DNA from: a bacterium
GTDB lineage: Bacteria > Cyanobacteriota > Sericytochromatia > S15B-MN24 > UBA4093
Assembly: GCA_035285805.1 (NCBI GenBank)
Contig: JAYKJE010000021.1
Span: 156,956-220,955 of the forward strand
DNA length: 64,000 nt
Direction of reading: 5' to 3'
Numbering within the stretch: the stretch's first letter is position 1; every line of letters starts with the position of its first letter. Shown here in pieces: positions 1-9,380 of this stretch. The translations under genes were made by a program, and so were the position numbers. Under the pieces are notes generated by a model, which saw only the letters and a list, made by a program, of their open reading frames with translations, was not told where the DNA came from and did no database searches.

Positions 1-426
1 CAGCTCGCCCACATGTGGGCGGTGCACTCGACGTGCTCCCGTGCCCGGGTCGGTGCCGTGATCACCACGGGTGATCTGCGCCGAACCGTCGCCCACGGAT
101 ACAACGGCGGCGGCGTCGGGATGGGGGACAACGCCTGTGCCCACGGGGGTACGTTGCCCGGCGCCTGCGAGCACCTGCACGCCGAAGAGAATGCGCTCCT
201 GTTCTGCAACTACGAGGGGCCGAAACTCCTGTTCGTGACCATCGAACCGTGCCTGATGTGCGCCAAGCGCATCGTCAACAAGGGCCAGATCCAGCGGGTC
301 TATTACGGGCGTCAGGCTTACCGCGACAAGCGCGGGATCGAGTATCTCGACCGTGCCCGCATCGAGGTGGTGTACTTCCCGGACCCTGGCTCAGTGGACG
401 GGATTTCGACTGAACAGCGCCCATAG
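1..426 (+). CDS. dCMP (deoxycytidylate) deaminase, 5'-truncated by window edge
   Basis: Zinc-binding cytidine/dCMP deaminase motifs HAEENA and PCLMCAK in the translation. The frame is open from nt 1 (QLAHMWAVH...), so the N-terminus lies upstream of the window. Confidence 0.75.
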   Translation, partial: QLAHMWAVHSTCSRARVGAVITTGDLRRTVAHGYNGGGVGMGDNACAHGGTLPGACEHLHAEENALLFCNYEGPKLLFVTIEPCLMCAKRIVNKGQIQRVYYGRQAYRDKRGIEYLDRARIEVVYFPDPGSVDGISTEQRP

Positions 427-1293
427 TCTCAGGACGGCCGGCCCGAGCGTCACGACGAACAGGGCCGGGAAGATGCAGAACACCAGCGGAAACAGCAACT
501 TCACGGGCGCCTGAAGGGCACGTTCCTTCGCCTGTTGCCGGCGGGTCTCGCGGATGCGATCGCGCTGTCCGCGCAACGTGCGCGTGAGTCCGGCGCCCGT
601 CTCCTCGGCCTGGACCCAGGCGTGGACGACGGCTTCCCAGGCAGGGACGCCCAGAGACCGCGCCCTGGAAAGCAGGGTCGAACGTCGGTCGGCTCCGAGA
701 GCCACGGCTGACTGCCATGCGCCGAGTTCTCCGGCGAGATCGGGGGCCAGGTGCCGGCCTCGCGTCACGAGACGGTGTACGGCTGCCTCGAATCCCTGTC
801 CTGCTTCGAGGCAGGCGATCCACAGATCCAGGACGTCGGGCAGGGAACGCGAGATGGCCTGGCTGCGGGCCGTACCCAGGCGCTGGACTCTCCAGACGGG
901 CCCGACCGCCCCCGCGATCGCCCCCGCGATCGCCCCGACCGCCCCTGCTCCGACGGCACCCAGGACGCCGCCGGTCAGGGCCAGCACGCCCGCCGAGAGC
1001 ACCAGCTGCTCGTGTTGACCCGGCGCGTCGAGGCCTGCCCGGCTCATCAGGGATTCGAACCGGTTCCACCGAGGGGTTCCAGGACCTCCGATGAGCCACC
1101 GCAGCGAGCCCGGGCGGAGCAGTCGTCGGAAGAGCGGCACCGAGAGTCGCCGCTCCCTCGCCGTTCGTGCTCCGTCCGTCGCTCCGCTCCTTCCGAGGGC
1201 CTCCAGACGTCGCTGGGCTCGGTCGGACGGACCTCCGAGGAAGAGCCAGGCGAGCAGCGTCGTGAGCACGAAACCCGTCCCTATCAAGGCCAT
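391..1293 (-). CDS. tadC: Tad pilus assembly inner-membrane protein TadC (GspF-like domain)
   Basis: Hydrophobic N-terminus and GspF/T2SS-F-like architecture. Follows tadB with a 3-nt gap inside the tad operon. Its 3' end converges on and overlaps the dCMP deaminase gene. Confidence 0.7.
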   Translation of the reverse strand: MALIGTGFVLTTLLAWLFLGGPSDRAQRRLEALGRSGATDGARTARERRLSVPLFRRLLRPGSLRWLIGGPGTPRWNRFESLMSRAGLDAPGQHEQLVLSAGVLALTGGVLGAVGAGAVGAIAGAIAGAVGPVWRVQRLGTARSQAISRSLPDVLDLWIACLEAGQGFEAAVHRLVTRGRHLAPDLAGELGAWQSAVALGADRRSTLLSRARSLGVPAWEAVVHAWVQAEETGAGLTRTLRGQRDRIRETRRQQAKERALQAPVKLLFPLVFCIFPALFVVTLGPAVLRLWALFSRNPVH

Positions 1294-1296
1294 GGA

Positions 1297-2220
1297 TCAG
1301 TCCTCCACCCGGATGGCCCGTCGCATCCAGACCACACCCACGAGTTGCAGCGCGATCGCCGACAGCAGGATCGTGCGTCCGACCGTGGCCGACCACATCG
1401 GACCCAGGTAGCCCGGGTCGATGGCCTGCAGGGCGGCGGCGACGGCGGCGGGCAACGCCCCCAGGACCCAGGCGGAAAGACGCCCCTGGGCCGTGAGGGC
1501 TTTCACCTCGGCGGCCAGGCGTCGACGCTCGCGCAGCGTGTCGTGAAGCCCGGTCAGGATCTCGCCGAGGTTGCCTCCCCAGGTTCGCTGGACGGCGATC
1601 GCCTCGACCATCAGATCCACCTCGGGGGCGCGGAGACCCCGCGCGAAATGGCCCAGCGCATCCTCGACCGGCAGGCCCCAGGCCGTCTCTTCCAGCACGT
1701 CCTGCCAGGGTCGCGCGGCCGCACCTCGCTGCTCGTCCGTGGCTCGCTGCCAGGCGGCCAGGAAACCTTGCCCCGACCTGAGTGCCCCGGTCATCGTCCA
1801 CAGGGCCGACGGCAGTCCGTCCAGGATCTCCCTCCGCACCCGCTCCGCGCTGGAGGCGAGCCAGGCGATGCTTCCTGCCAGCACGAGCAGGGCAGCCAGG
1901 GCCCCCGGAACGGGGGCCCGCATCGCGGAACCCACGACGAATCCGGCCACCAGCGCCGTGAGGCCGGTGATCACCCACCATTCTCGCCCCGTGAGGGACC
2001 ATCCGGCCCGATCGAGCCGGGTCTCGATCCATCCCACCCGCGATCGTCCGGGGCGGCGGGCCTCCTGGCGCTTCGACGCGGAGCGGGGCTTCGCCACGCC
2101 GTGCTCGAGGCGCGCCAGCCTGTTGAGGAGGTGCCTGTCGGTCAGCAGACCACCCGGCGCCGTCAGGGCGATCGGCACCAAGGTCCCGGCGGCGATCGCC
2201 GCGACGTGCCAGGTCAACAT
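1297..2220 (-). CDS. tadB: Tad pilus assembly inner-membrane protein TadB
   Basis: Membrane protein with T2SS-F-like topology. Overlaps cpaF by 7 nt (translational coupling). Canonical position between the ATPase and tadC. Confidence 0.7.
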   Translation of the reverse strand: MLTWHVAAIAAGTLVPIALTAPGGLLTDRHLLNRLARLEHGVAKPRSASKRQEARRPGRSRVGWIETRLDRAGWSLTGREWWVITGLTALVAGFVVGSAMRAPVPGALAALLVLAGSIAWLASSAERVRREILDGLPSALWTMTGALRSGQGFLAAWQRATDEQRGAAARPWQDVLEETAWGLPVEDALGHFARGLRAPEVDLMVEAIAVQRTWGGNLGEILTGLHDTLRERRRLAAEVKALTAQGRLSAWVLGALPAAVAAALQAIDPGYLGPMWSATVGRTILLSAIALQLVGVVWMRRAIRVED

Positions 2221-3560
2221 GAGGCCGTTTCCTCCGGTTCGATGAGCCGGTCCAGGGCGGCCGGTCGGATCCCCGTTGCCTCGTGCCGCTCACGGATGGG
2301 TACCCATCGGTGGAGTTCCTGCATCTGGATGATGTCACCTTCCATCCCGACCACCTCGGCCACACCCGTCACGCGACGCCGACCTTCCCGGCCCCGTTCG
2401 ACCTGGACGACGAGGTCGATCGCGCTGCGGATCTGTTCCCGGATCGCCCGGAGGGGGAGCTCGTGTCCTGCCATCAGGACCATCGTCTCGAGTCGCGACA
2501 GGGCATCCCGGACCGAGTTCGCGTGCAGCGTGGCGAGCGAGCCCTCGTGGCCCGTGTTCATGGCCTGGAGCATCGCGAGGGCCTCGGCACCGCGGACCTC
2601 ACCCAGGATGATCCGGTCCGGGCGCATGCGGAGGGCATGGCGCAGCAACTCGGACTGCGGAATGGCGCCCTGACCCTCGAGGTTGGGCGCCCGGGTCTCG
2701 AGGCGGACGACATGGGGTTGCTGGAGCTGCAACTCGGCCGCGTCCTCGATCGTCACCAGCCGTTCGCGCGGCGGGATGAACCCTGACAGGACGTTCAGCA
2801 AGGTGGTCTTTCCCGAACCCGTGCCGCCCGAGATCAGGATGTTGAGCTTGCTCTCGACCGCGCGCCGGAGGAAGGTCGCGATCCCGTCATCCCAGGAACC
2901 CCAGGCGAGCAACTCATCCGGGCGGATGGGGTCGCGCCGGAACTTCCGGATCGTCAGGCACGGCCCGTCGATCGCGAGCGGTGGCAGGATGGCATGAATG
3001 CGACTTCCGTCGGCGAGGCGAGCGTCGCAGGCCGGAGTGCTCTCGTCGACGCGACGGCCGACGGCCGACACGATCCGGTCGATGATCGTGCGCAGGTGCG
3101 TCACGTCCCGGAAGGCCACCTCGGTGAGCGTGAGCCGTCCCTCGCGCTCCACGTAGACCCGGTGGGGCCCGTTGACCATGATCTCGGTGACCCCGTCTTC
3201 CGCCAGCAACGGTTCTATCGGCCCCAGCCCCCGGACCTCGTGGAGGATGGCGCGAACGAGCGTGTCACGTTCCTGGGCGGCCCGGATCCGCCAGCTGGGC
3301 GGGGTGCCTGGCGCCTGCAGCACGCCCTGCAACTCGAGGGCGATCGCCGCTTCGAGCGCCTCCTGGGGCGTCTGCTCGTCGAGGGCGTGGGTCCGCATGT
3401 TGTCGACCAGGCAGCGATGGACCCGGGCTCGCAGCGCGTGGCCGGCCTCGATCTCCTCAGCGGGAGGGGTAGGCCGTCCGGGGTTCAGACCCGGTGCGGC
3501 GGGTGCGAGAGTCGCGATGGTCGCGGGGGGCGGCGGGGCGGGGCGAGCTCGTCGGAACAT
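2214..3560 (-). CDS. cpaF: Tad/Flp pilus secretion ATPase CpaF/TadA
   Basis: Walker A ISGGTGSGKTT, and the Asp/His boxes of T2SS-E-type ATPases (VTIEDAAEL..., LQAMNTGHEGSLATLHAN). Confidence 0.9.
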   Translation of the reverse strand: MFRRARPAPPPPATIATLAPAAPGLNPGRPTPPAEEIEAGHALRARVHRCLVDNMRTHALDEQTPQEALEAAIALELQGVLQAPGTPPSWRIRAAQERDTLVRAILHEVRGLGPIEPLLAEDGVTEIMVNGPHRVYVEREGRLTLTEVAFRDVTHLRTIIDRIVSAVGRRVDESTPACDARLADGSRIHAILPPLAIDGPCLTIRKFRRDPIRPDELLAWGSWDDGIATFLRRAVESKLNILISGGTGSGKTTLLNVLSGFIPPRERLVTIEDAAELQLQQPHVVRLETRAPNLEGQGAIPQSELLRHALRMRPDRIILGEVRGAEALAMLQAMNTGHEGSLATLHANSVRDALSRLETMVLMAGHELPLRAIREQIRSAIDLVVQVERGREGRRRVTGVAEVVGMEGDIIQMQELHRWVPIRERHEATGIRPAALDRLIEPEETASC

Positions 3561-3561
3561 G

Positions 3562-4725
3562 TCATCTCCTCCTCAGCCAGTCGAGCCAGGCGGCAGGCCC
3601 GGTGCGGACGGGGACCATGGCGCGCGTGGGCCCGAGTTCCCGGGCCAGCGTCTGGATCCGGCGGGACAGGGGATGGGACGGCGCCGCGACCAGGAGCGGT
3701 TCCCCGCGGTCGAGCGCCGTCTGGGTCGCCTCGGGGGCATGGGGCAACCGGTGACGGATGCGGCGCCCGATGGCCCGCTCGATGCTCTCCGGCTCGAAGC
3801 GACTGGGGGCATCCCAGAGCACGACGTTCCAGCGGGAGGTGTCCACCCCCTGGGCCTGCCAAACCTGTTCGGCCTGGCGGAGCTCCCGGAAGGCGATCAG
3901 ATCCGGGAACAGGGGCACGAAGGTGGTGTCCGCCGCCTGGAGCGTCTCGAGGGCCGCCTCCTGCGGTTCGCTCGGGACGTCCACCACGACCCATCCTCCC
4001 CGGGAGGTCAGCGTCGAGAGGGTGCGCCGGAAGCAGCCCTGGTGGATCAGGGTCGTCTCATCCGGTGATCGGGTCACGGCCAGCCAGCGGAGCCCGGAGG
4101 GGTGCGCGAGCGTCGCTTCCTCCAGCTCGTCGCCCCGGCCGGCCCGGACCAGCTCGGCGAGCGTCAGGGTCGGCTCCAGGTTCAGGACGAGATCGAGCGC
4201 CGGATAGGCAGGAACGGCCTCGAGCAGGGTGACTCCGCCCGGGACCATCCGCGTCAGGGCGATCGCCAGGTTGGTGGCGAGCGTCGTCTTGCCCGAGCCC
4301 CCTCGGGGCCCGTGGACGGCGATGATGCGTCCGGGTTCCTCGGGGCCCGGATCGGGGACGGCCCGTCGGAGACGCTCCTGGAACCTGGCCGCCCTGGCGA
4401 TCGCCGGTCCGAGCTCCGCCGGGCTTCCCACGACCTCGCGGATGCCCCCCTGCATGACCTCTGCCAGCTCCCGGGCTTCCAGGGTGGTCCCGACCAGCAG
4501 GACGGACAGCGTCGGATGACTGGCGAGCCAGACGTCCAGCGTCGCCTGGACGAGCGGAATCGGGAGGGGGAAGGGGGCTCTCCAGACGATCAGGTCGATT
4601 TCCCGGGGGGTGCCCGAGGCCTCGGCCCGTCGTTCGACGTCTCCCACGAGTTCGTGGGCGGCCAGAACCTCGTTCCAGGTTTCCAGGTCGGGGCCCGTCC
4701 CGACCAGCCAGGTCTTCAGTGCCAT
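3562..4725 (-). CDS. cpaE: CpaE/TadZ-type pilus assembly ATPase-like protein (N-terminal receiver-like domain plus MinD/ParA-type P-loop)
   Basis: Deviant Walker A VHGPRGGSGKTTLATNLA. N-terminal receiver-like region. Adjacent to cpaF with a 1-nt gap. Confidence 0.8.
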   Translation of the reverse strand: MALKTWLVGTGPDLETWNEVLAAHELVGDVERRAEASGTPREIDLIVWRAPFPLPIPLVQATLDVWLASHPTLSVLLVGTTLEARELAEVMQGGIREVVGSPAELGPAIARAARFQERLRRAVPDPGPEEPGRIIAVHGPRGGSGKTTLATNLAIALTRMVPGGVTLLEAVPAYPALDLVLNLEPTLTLAELVRAGRGDELEEATLAHPSGLRWLAVTRSPDETTLIHQGCFRRTLSTLTSRGGWVVVDVPSEPQEAALETLQAADTTFVPLFPDLIAFRELRQAEQVWQAQGVDTSRWNVVLWDAPSRFEPESIERAIGRRIRHRLPHAPEATQTALDRGEPLLVAAPSHPLSRRIQTLARELGPTRAMVPVRTGPAAWLDWLRRR

Positions 4726-4738
4726 GTCGCGTGCTCCC

Positions 4739-5686
4739 TCATCGCACAGCCGCGACGGGCGCGGGCACCGTCTCGTCGGCGAGCCTCACGGCGTACCGGA
4801 GCGCCGTACCGGCCACCTGGTCCTGATCCAGGGTCTCGAGGTAACGCCCCACGACCTCTCCGCGTCGCGTCGTGTAGCTGAGGTACACGCGTGCGAAACC
4901 GGCGATTGTGACGTTCGAGCGGCCCGAGGCCTCGAAGAAGTCCCGGTCCAGCAGGGCGACCGTGATCACCCGCGGGGTGCGCGTGCCGAGCTCGGCCTCC
5001 AGGAAGGACGTGGTGTCTCGCCCGATCAGCTGCTGCAGCGTCGCGGCCGTGGGACCGGCCATGTCTCCTGGTTCCGTGGGGATCATCTCCCCCTTCCTGA
5101 GCGTCCGCCGGGCCCCGTCGAGCAAGCTGGAACGGTAGGTCCGGGCTCCGGGACCATCGATCGCGAGGGCCTGGAAGTTGCCACGGATGTTGCCTGGACC
5201 GCTCCGTTTCAGCAGGATTTCCTCCCCTCGGGCATGTCGCTGGCCCGGCAGCCCCAGGGGACGCAGCCCCTGGGTGACGTCCACGCAATGGAGGTCCGCG
5301 ATCGAGCGAGCCCCGATCGCGAGCTGGCCAGGGCGTTCGCGTTCCGACGGCAGCAATCTCGACAGCTTCCCCACCCAGCTGGCCACGGGAGTGCGAAGCC
5401 GCACCGTCACGCGGCTCCCCTGCGTGATCGTGATGTCACCGTCCGCCGGAAGAAAGCCGTTCTGGCGGGCCAGGTCCCGGACGGCCTTGCGGGCCTGATC
5501 CGGCCCCTGCATCAGCCCCCGGGCACCGGCGAGAGCCGCCGCATCGCAGGCGCTCTGGAGCCGGGTGCGCTCGAGCGTGACGGCTCCCACGTCTGCCACC
5601 AGGCCGAGCACGAGCGTCAGGCCCAGGCCCCAGAAGGCCGTGATGACCATGGTGCTTCCGCATTCGGGATCGTGCATCGGCTTCAC
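4739..5686 (-). CDS. TadG-like pseudopilin/pilus assembly protein with TadE/G-like N-terminal domain
   Basis: N-terminal TM segment followed by ...LQSACDAAALAGARGL..., typical of the TadE/TadG-like family. Overlaps the secretin gene by 4 nt. Confidence 0.55.
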   Translation of the reverse strand: MKPMHDPECGSTMVITAFWGLGLTLVLGLVADVGAVTLERTRLQSACDAAALAGARGLMQGPDQARKAVRDLARQNGFLPADGDITITQGSRVTVRLRTPVASWVGKLSRLLPSERERPGQLAIGARSIADLHCVDVTQGLRPLGLPGQRHARGEEILLKRSGPGNIRGNFQALAIDGPGARTYRSSLLDGARRTLRKGEMIPTEPGDMAGPTAATLQQLIGRDTTSFLEAELGTRTPRVITVALLDRDFFEASGRSNVTIAGFARVYLSYTTRRGEVVGRYLETLDQDQVAGTALRYAVRLADETVPAPVAAVR

Positions 5687-6978
5687 CTCGCGGGGGGGGA
5701 GGGGGACGAGGACGGAGACGTGGAGGAAGTGGCCACGGGTGACGGGGGGGGCATGGTCCCGGAGGTCCCCAGGACGGTGGGGGTCACGAGGATGGCGAGT
5801 TCGGTCTCCTGGTGCTGGTATCGCGTCGATCGGAACAGTTCCCCGAGAATGGGTACGTCGCCCAGGAAGGGGAGCTTCTCCACGAGCTGCGAGCTGACGT
5901 CCTGCAGCAATCCCCCGATGGCGAGGCCCTCGCCCTGGGCCAGCACGACCTGGGTCTGGGCCCGGCGGGTCGTGATGGCCGGAACGACGAAATTGGCCAG
6001 GCGTACGGCATTGGCGACGTCGAGCTGGGAGACTTCCGGGGCGACCTGGAGCGAGACGCGTCCGTCATCCAGCACCTGCGGCGCCATGTCCAGCTTGATC
6101 CCGTAGGGTTTCCATTCGAAGGTGACCTGGTTGAGCTGCTGGCTCACCGGCACCGGGACCTCGCCCCCGGCCAGAAAGCTGGCCTTGCCTCCACTGACGG
6201 CGACCAGCTTGGGTCGGGCCAGGACGCGGGCATCGCCCCGGGCCACGAGCATGCTCAGGCGGGCGGCGATCCGCTCGTAGAGCCCGAAGGCCGTGCCGCC
6301 GAGGTCGGAAAGGGGCTGACCGGCTCGCGGGTTGCGGGCATCAGCCTGGGTGAGCCCCAGGTTGTCGGGCTCGAAACGGTCTTCGCCGTTCGACGAGCGG
6401 TTCATCTGGCCCCACTTGATTCCGAGCTCGTGACTGGCCGTCTTGCCCAGCTCCACCACCTGCACGTCGACCTGGACCTGCTGGACCGAGTCGGCCTCGA
6501 GCAGGTTGACGACCCGCGGGGCGAAGCTCTGGGCCAGCTTTTCCGCCTGCTGGGCCTGGCTCGTTCGGGCCACCCGACCCGTCAGCAAGACGGTGTCCTG
6601 GACGACCTGGACGCCGAGACCCCGGGCGCCCGTCACCCGGGCGATCGTGTCCTTCAGGAGGCTGGCGTCGAGACGCACCGAGACCTCGTACCGGGTCAGG
6701 CCCCGCTCCGTCCAGACGAAGCAATGGGTGCTACCGGCCCGCTTGCCGTTGACGAGCACGGCGTGACCGTCGAGGACCGCAACGTCCGCGATCGTCGGGT
6801 CCGTGACCGAGACTTTCGTGATGCGCGGCCCCGATCGGACGACCTCGGAATGCCCGACGTCCAGAGGCAAGGACATCGAGGCGATCGCCTCGGTACCCTG
6901 TGCCCTGGCGGGCGTCCAGGGGTGGAGGGTGATCCACAGGCATGGCAGGATCCAGCCGCGCAGCGTTCTGGAATTCAA
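5683..6978 (-). CDS. cpaC: Flp pilus secretin CpaC/RcpA
   Basis: Signal peptide, BON-like N-terminal region and a C-terminal secretin domain (LARPKLVAVSGGKASFLAGGEVPVP... VTPTVLG). Confidence 0.85.
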   Translation of the reverse strand: MNSRTLRGWILPCLWITLHPWTPARAQGTEAIASMSLPLDVGHSEVVRSGPRITKVSVTDPTIADVAVLDGHAVLVNGKRAGSTHCFVWTERGLTRYEVSVRLDASLLKDTIARVTGARGLGVQVVQDTVLLTGRVARTSQAQQAEKLAQSFAPRVVNLLEADSVQQVQVDVQVVELGKTASHELGIKWGQMNRSSNGEDRFEPDNLGLTQADARNPRAGQPLSDLGGTAFGLYERIAARLSMLVARGDARVLARPKLVAVSGGKASFLAGGEVPVPVSQQLNQVTFEWKPYGIKLDMAPQVLDDGRVSLQVAPEVSQLDVANAVRLANFVVPAITTRRAQTQVVLAQGEGLAIGGLLQDVSSQLVEKLPFLGDVPILGELFRSTRYQHQETELAILVTPTVLGTSGTMPPPSPVATSSTSPSSSPSPPAR

Positions 6979-7823
6979 CGGTTCACCTCTTCTGTTTGGG
7001 TGCCGCGGATGACGAGGATCCCCCGGGGTGCGGAAGGACGCTCGACGACCCGGACGGTCACGGGGACCCGGACGGGTACCCGGACCACGCGCTGGGCAGG
7101 CCCGGAATCGGGGGCCCGACGCGGGACCCCGAGCAGCGTATCGGGAGTCACCCCGGACGTCCTGGCCGTGCTGCTTTCGGCGTTCGAACGCATGGCGAGC
7201 CTGATCTTGCCGCGGTCGGCGGCCAGGATGAGACGTTCGGTGTCGGCCGGGGTCACGGCTAGCGTCGCCGACGACACCACCCGGGCGCCCTCACCGGAAG
7301 CCCGGTCGGCCTCCTGGGCGCAAGCCAGGACCCGGACGCGCTGGAGGAGGAAGTGCGTCGTCGTTTCACCCTCGACGTCCATCGTGCTCACCACGTCGAC
7401 CACCATGCCGGGTTGAACGAATCCCGCCACCCCGACGACCTCGTCGACGGCGACGGTCACGGCACGCATCCCGGGCGGAACGGGCAAGATCGCACGTTCC
7501 CTTTGACCGCGTGGCCAGAGGTGTTCCTCGAGCACGGGTTCTCCGGGAACCAGAGCGATGCGTCCCGAGCGCCCGATCAGGCCCTCGATCGAGTCCGTGG
7601 CTCCTGCCGGGGTGAAGCGTTCCGGGCGATCCTGCAGGGTCAGGTCGCGCGGGCCGATGGGTTCGTTCGGGGCCACGGTACGCAGGGCCACGACGACGGG
7701 GCGCGTGGCCTCCGGTGCGGCCTCGGAGGCCTGGACGCGGCTGAACCACCAGGTCATGCCGGCGCTCGAGGCGAGTCCGAGCCCGGCGGCGATGACGATC
7801 CGGGGAATGCGAACGGGGTTCAT
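6975..7823 (-). CDS. cpaB: Flp pilus assembly protein CpaB/RcpC
   Basis: N-terminal membrane anchor and CpaB-like composition. Overlaps the secretin gene by 4 nt, directly downstream of the tadE-like gene. Confidence 0.75.
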   Translation of the reverse strand: MNPVRIPRIVIAAGLGLASSAGMTWWFSRVQASEAAPEATRPVVVALRTVAPNEPIGPRDLTLQDRPERFTPAGATDSIEGLIGRSGRIALVPGEPVLEEHLWPRGQRERAILPVPPGMRAVTVAVDEVVGVAGFVQPGMVVDVVSTMDVEGETTTHFLLQRVRVLACAQEADRASGEGARVVSSATLAVTPADTERLILAADRGKIRLAMRSNAESSTARTSGVTPDTLLGVPRRAPDSGPAQRVVRVPVRVPVTVRVVERPSAPRGILVIRGTQTEEVNR

Positions 7824-8209
7824 GGAGCCTCCTGGCGCATCGTGGCCGTGGCGGCGAGCCAGAGCGGGACGGGAAGCCCGGGGATGCGCACGGTCACCTC
7901 GAGCGGGTGATCGAGCCGGACCTGCACGTCGGACCCGTCCGACGAGCGGGGGTGGCCGATCGATACCCGGGTCCCGGTGGTCTCGATCCCCGCACCGGAC
8001 AGGTACGCGAGCGTCGTCTCGCGCACCCGGCCGTCGGGGCGACCGAGGGCGCCCAGCCGGGCACCCTCGCGGGCAGCATTCGTGAGCACGAGCTGGGTCC
8101 CGAAAATCTGTCCCAGGGCGAAGATCCCCGTCACCAGGGCCAGGACCAGGGGCAGGGCCAGAGCCGTCTCGACGGTGGCCTGGCCAGAGACATCAGCAAG
8201 TCGCATCAC
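7820..8209 (-). CDS. tadE: TadE-like pilus assembly protein
   Basis: TadE motif ...ATVETALALPLVLALVTGIFALG...AREGARLGA. Start is GTG at 8209 or ATG at 8206. Confidence 0.7.
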   Translation of the reverse strand: MMRLADVSGQATVETALALPLVLALVTGIFALGQIFGTQLVLTNAAREGARLGALGRPDGRVRETTLAYLSGAGIETTGTRVSIGHPRSSDGSDVQVRLDHPLEVTVRIPGLPVPLWLAATATMRQEAP

Positions 8210-8218
8210 GTGTTTCCG

Positions 8219-8392
8219 TTACTTGCTGGTGCTGCTCAGCGTGTTGGCGATTGCTGATAGCATCTTGTTGACATTTGTGCCCATCATGGTCAGCGCACCG
8301 ACCGTCACGACGGCGATGAGGCCCAGGATGAGTCCGTACTCGGTCAGCGCCTGGCCGTCCTCGTCCCGGATGAAGTTCGCGAGCATGGTCAT
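8219..8392 (-). CDS. flp: Flp family type IVb pilin
   Basis: 58-aa product MTMLANFIRDEDGQALTEYGLILGLIAVVTVGALTMMG... with the Flp signature G/XXXXEY followed by a hydrophobic helix. GGAGGAG ribosome-binding site 6-7 nt upstream of the ATG at 8392. The ORF track's longer N-terminal extension is unlikely. Confidence 0.8.
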   Translation of the reverse strand: MTMLANFIRDEDGQALTEYGLILGLIAVVTVGALTMMGTNVNKMLSAIANTLSSTSK

Positions 8393-8474
8393 GGGGGATC
8401 TCCTCCTCGGTGGGGGGTGGGGGGCGAACGAGACCATCATCGTCGGCACGCGTGACGTCGCTTTCACGCTCGCG

Positions 8475-9380
8475 TTACGGCAGCTTTCGGATGTCCGTCA
8501 GGCGAGTCCAGGCGACCTCGACCTCGAGGGCGAGTCTCTCGAGTTCGCGGACGCCCCGGAGCCGGGTGCTCGCCCGCTCGAAGAGCCGAAGCCTCGCCCC
8601 GTGCTGGAGTCCGGCGTGCATGAGGGCTTTCAGCGTTGGCTCGCCGAGGCTCGCCCGGACCCCCGCGGGAAGGGTTTCCAGGATGGCTCCTGCTTCTCCC
8701 TCGATCCCCGTCAGTCGCGAGAGCACGCGATCGAGCAATTCGACCGGTGCCGAGGCACGGGCCCTCACCCGCAGGACGTGGTCATAGAAGGCAATCTCGG
8801 GGGCCAGTCGCTTCACGTGCATCGACAGGTCGGGCGTCCGGAGCACGAATCGCGGCTCGCGTCTCCCGCGGACGACATCCTCGATGTGGAAGCATCCGAG
8901 GTCCATCGCCGCCACGAAGTGCCACTTCAGTCCGAATCTGCGGTGCTGGACCAGGAAGGCATGGACATCCGCATCGGAGAGCCAGAGGAGTTGCTCGATG
9001 CGCCTCCGGACGGTGCGCAGGTCGCTCGAGTAAAGCACCGGGTGCGTGTGAAAGGCGCCCAGTTCCGCATGGACGAGGTCGTGGGGGCGGCAGCGATAGC
9101 GGACTCCGATCGTTCCGGTTCCCGGCGCCCGGACGGTCGCGGTCGTGAGGTTCTGGTACTCGAGGATCCGGTCTTCACAACCTCCCATCATCCCGGCCCG
9201 CTCGTCGAAGACCGGCAGCCGACGATGAAGGGATGAGGCGGAGGCAGTCAGGGTGTTGAGCATGCTCAGCCCGAACTCGTCGATGAGCCGGGCATGCATC
9301 GAGGCCGAAACGCGCAAGGGTTCTCCAGGGTGCACGGACGGAGGGGATCCGTTCCAAGGGGTATCCATCCTGGAGATCAC
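8475..9380 (-). CDS. hypothetical cytoplasmic protein (301 aa), first gene upstream of flp and divergent from dam
   Basis: Long ORF with GTG start (or ATG at 9368). No recognisable motifs. Coding-like codon bias. The promoter region is the GATC-rich AT-rich intergenic segment. Confidence 0.5.
   Translation of the reverse strand: MISRMDTPWNGSPPSVHPGEPLRVSASMHARLIDEFGLSMLNTLTASASSLHRRLPVFDERAGMMGGCEDRILEYQNLTTATVRAPGTGTIGVRYRCRPHDLVHAELGAFHTHPVLYSSDLRTVRRRIEQLLWLSDADVHAFLVQHRRFGLKWHFVAAMDLGCFHIEDVVRGRREPRFVLRTPDLSMHVKRLAPEIAFYDHVLRVRARASAPVELLDRVLSRLTGIEGEAGAILETLPAGVRASLGEPTLKALMHAGLQHGARLRLFERASTRLRGVRELERLALEVEVAWTRLTDIRKLP

Noticed and set aside
275-2673. Very long ORFs on both strands (275-2365 minus, 696 aa; 751-2673 plus, 640 aa) overlapping tadC/tadB/cpaF
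   Set aside because: Arg/Gly/Pro-rich translations typical of antisense or out-of-frame reading of high-GC coding DNA. The recognisable Tad proteins occupy the other frames.
4610-7416. Long plus-strand ORFs (4610-6106, 5812-7416) across cpaE, tadG-like, cpaC and cpaB
   Set aside because: Shadow ORFs of the minus-strand tad genes. No protein-like motifs, low-complexity R/G/P-rich products.
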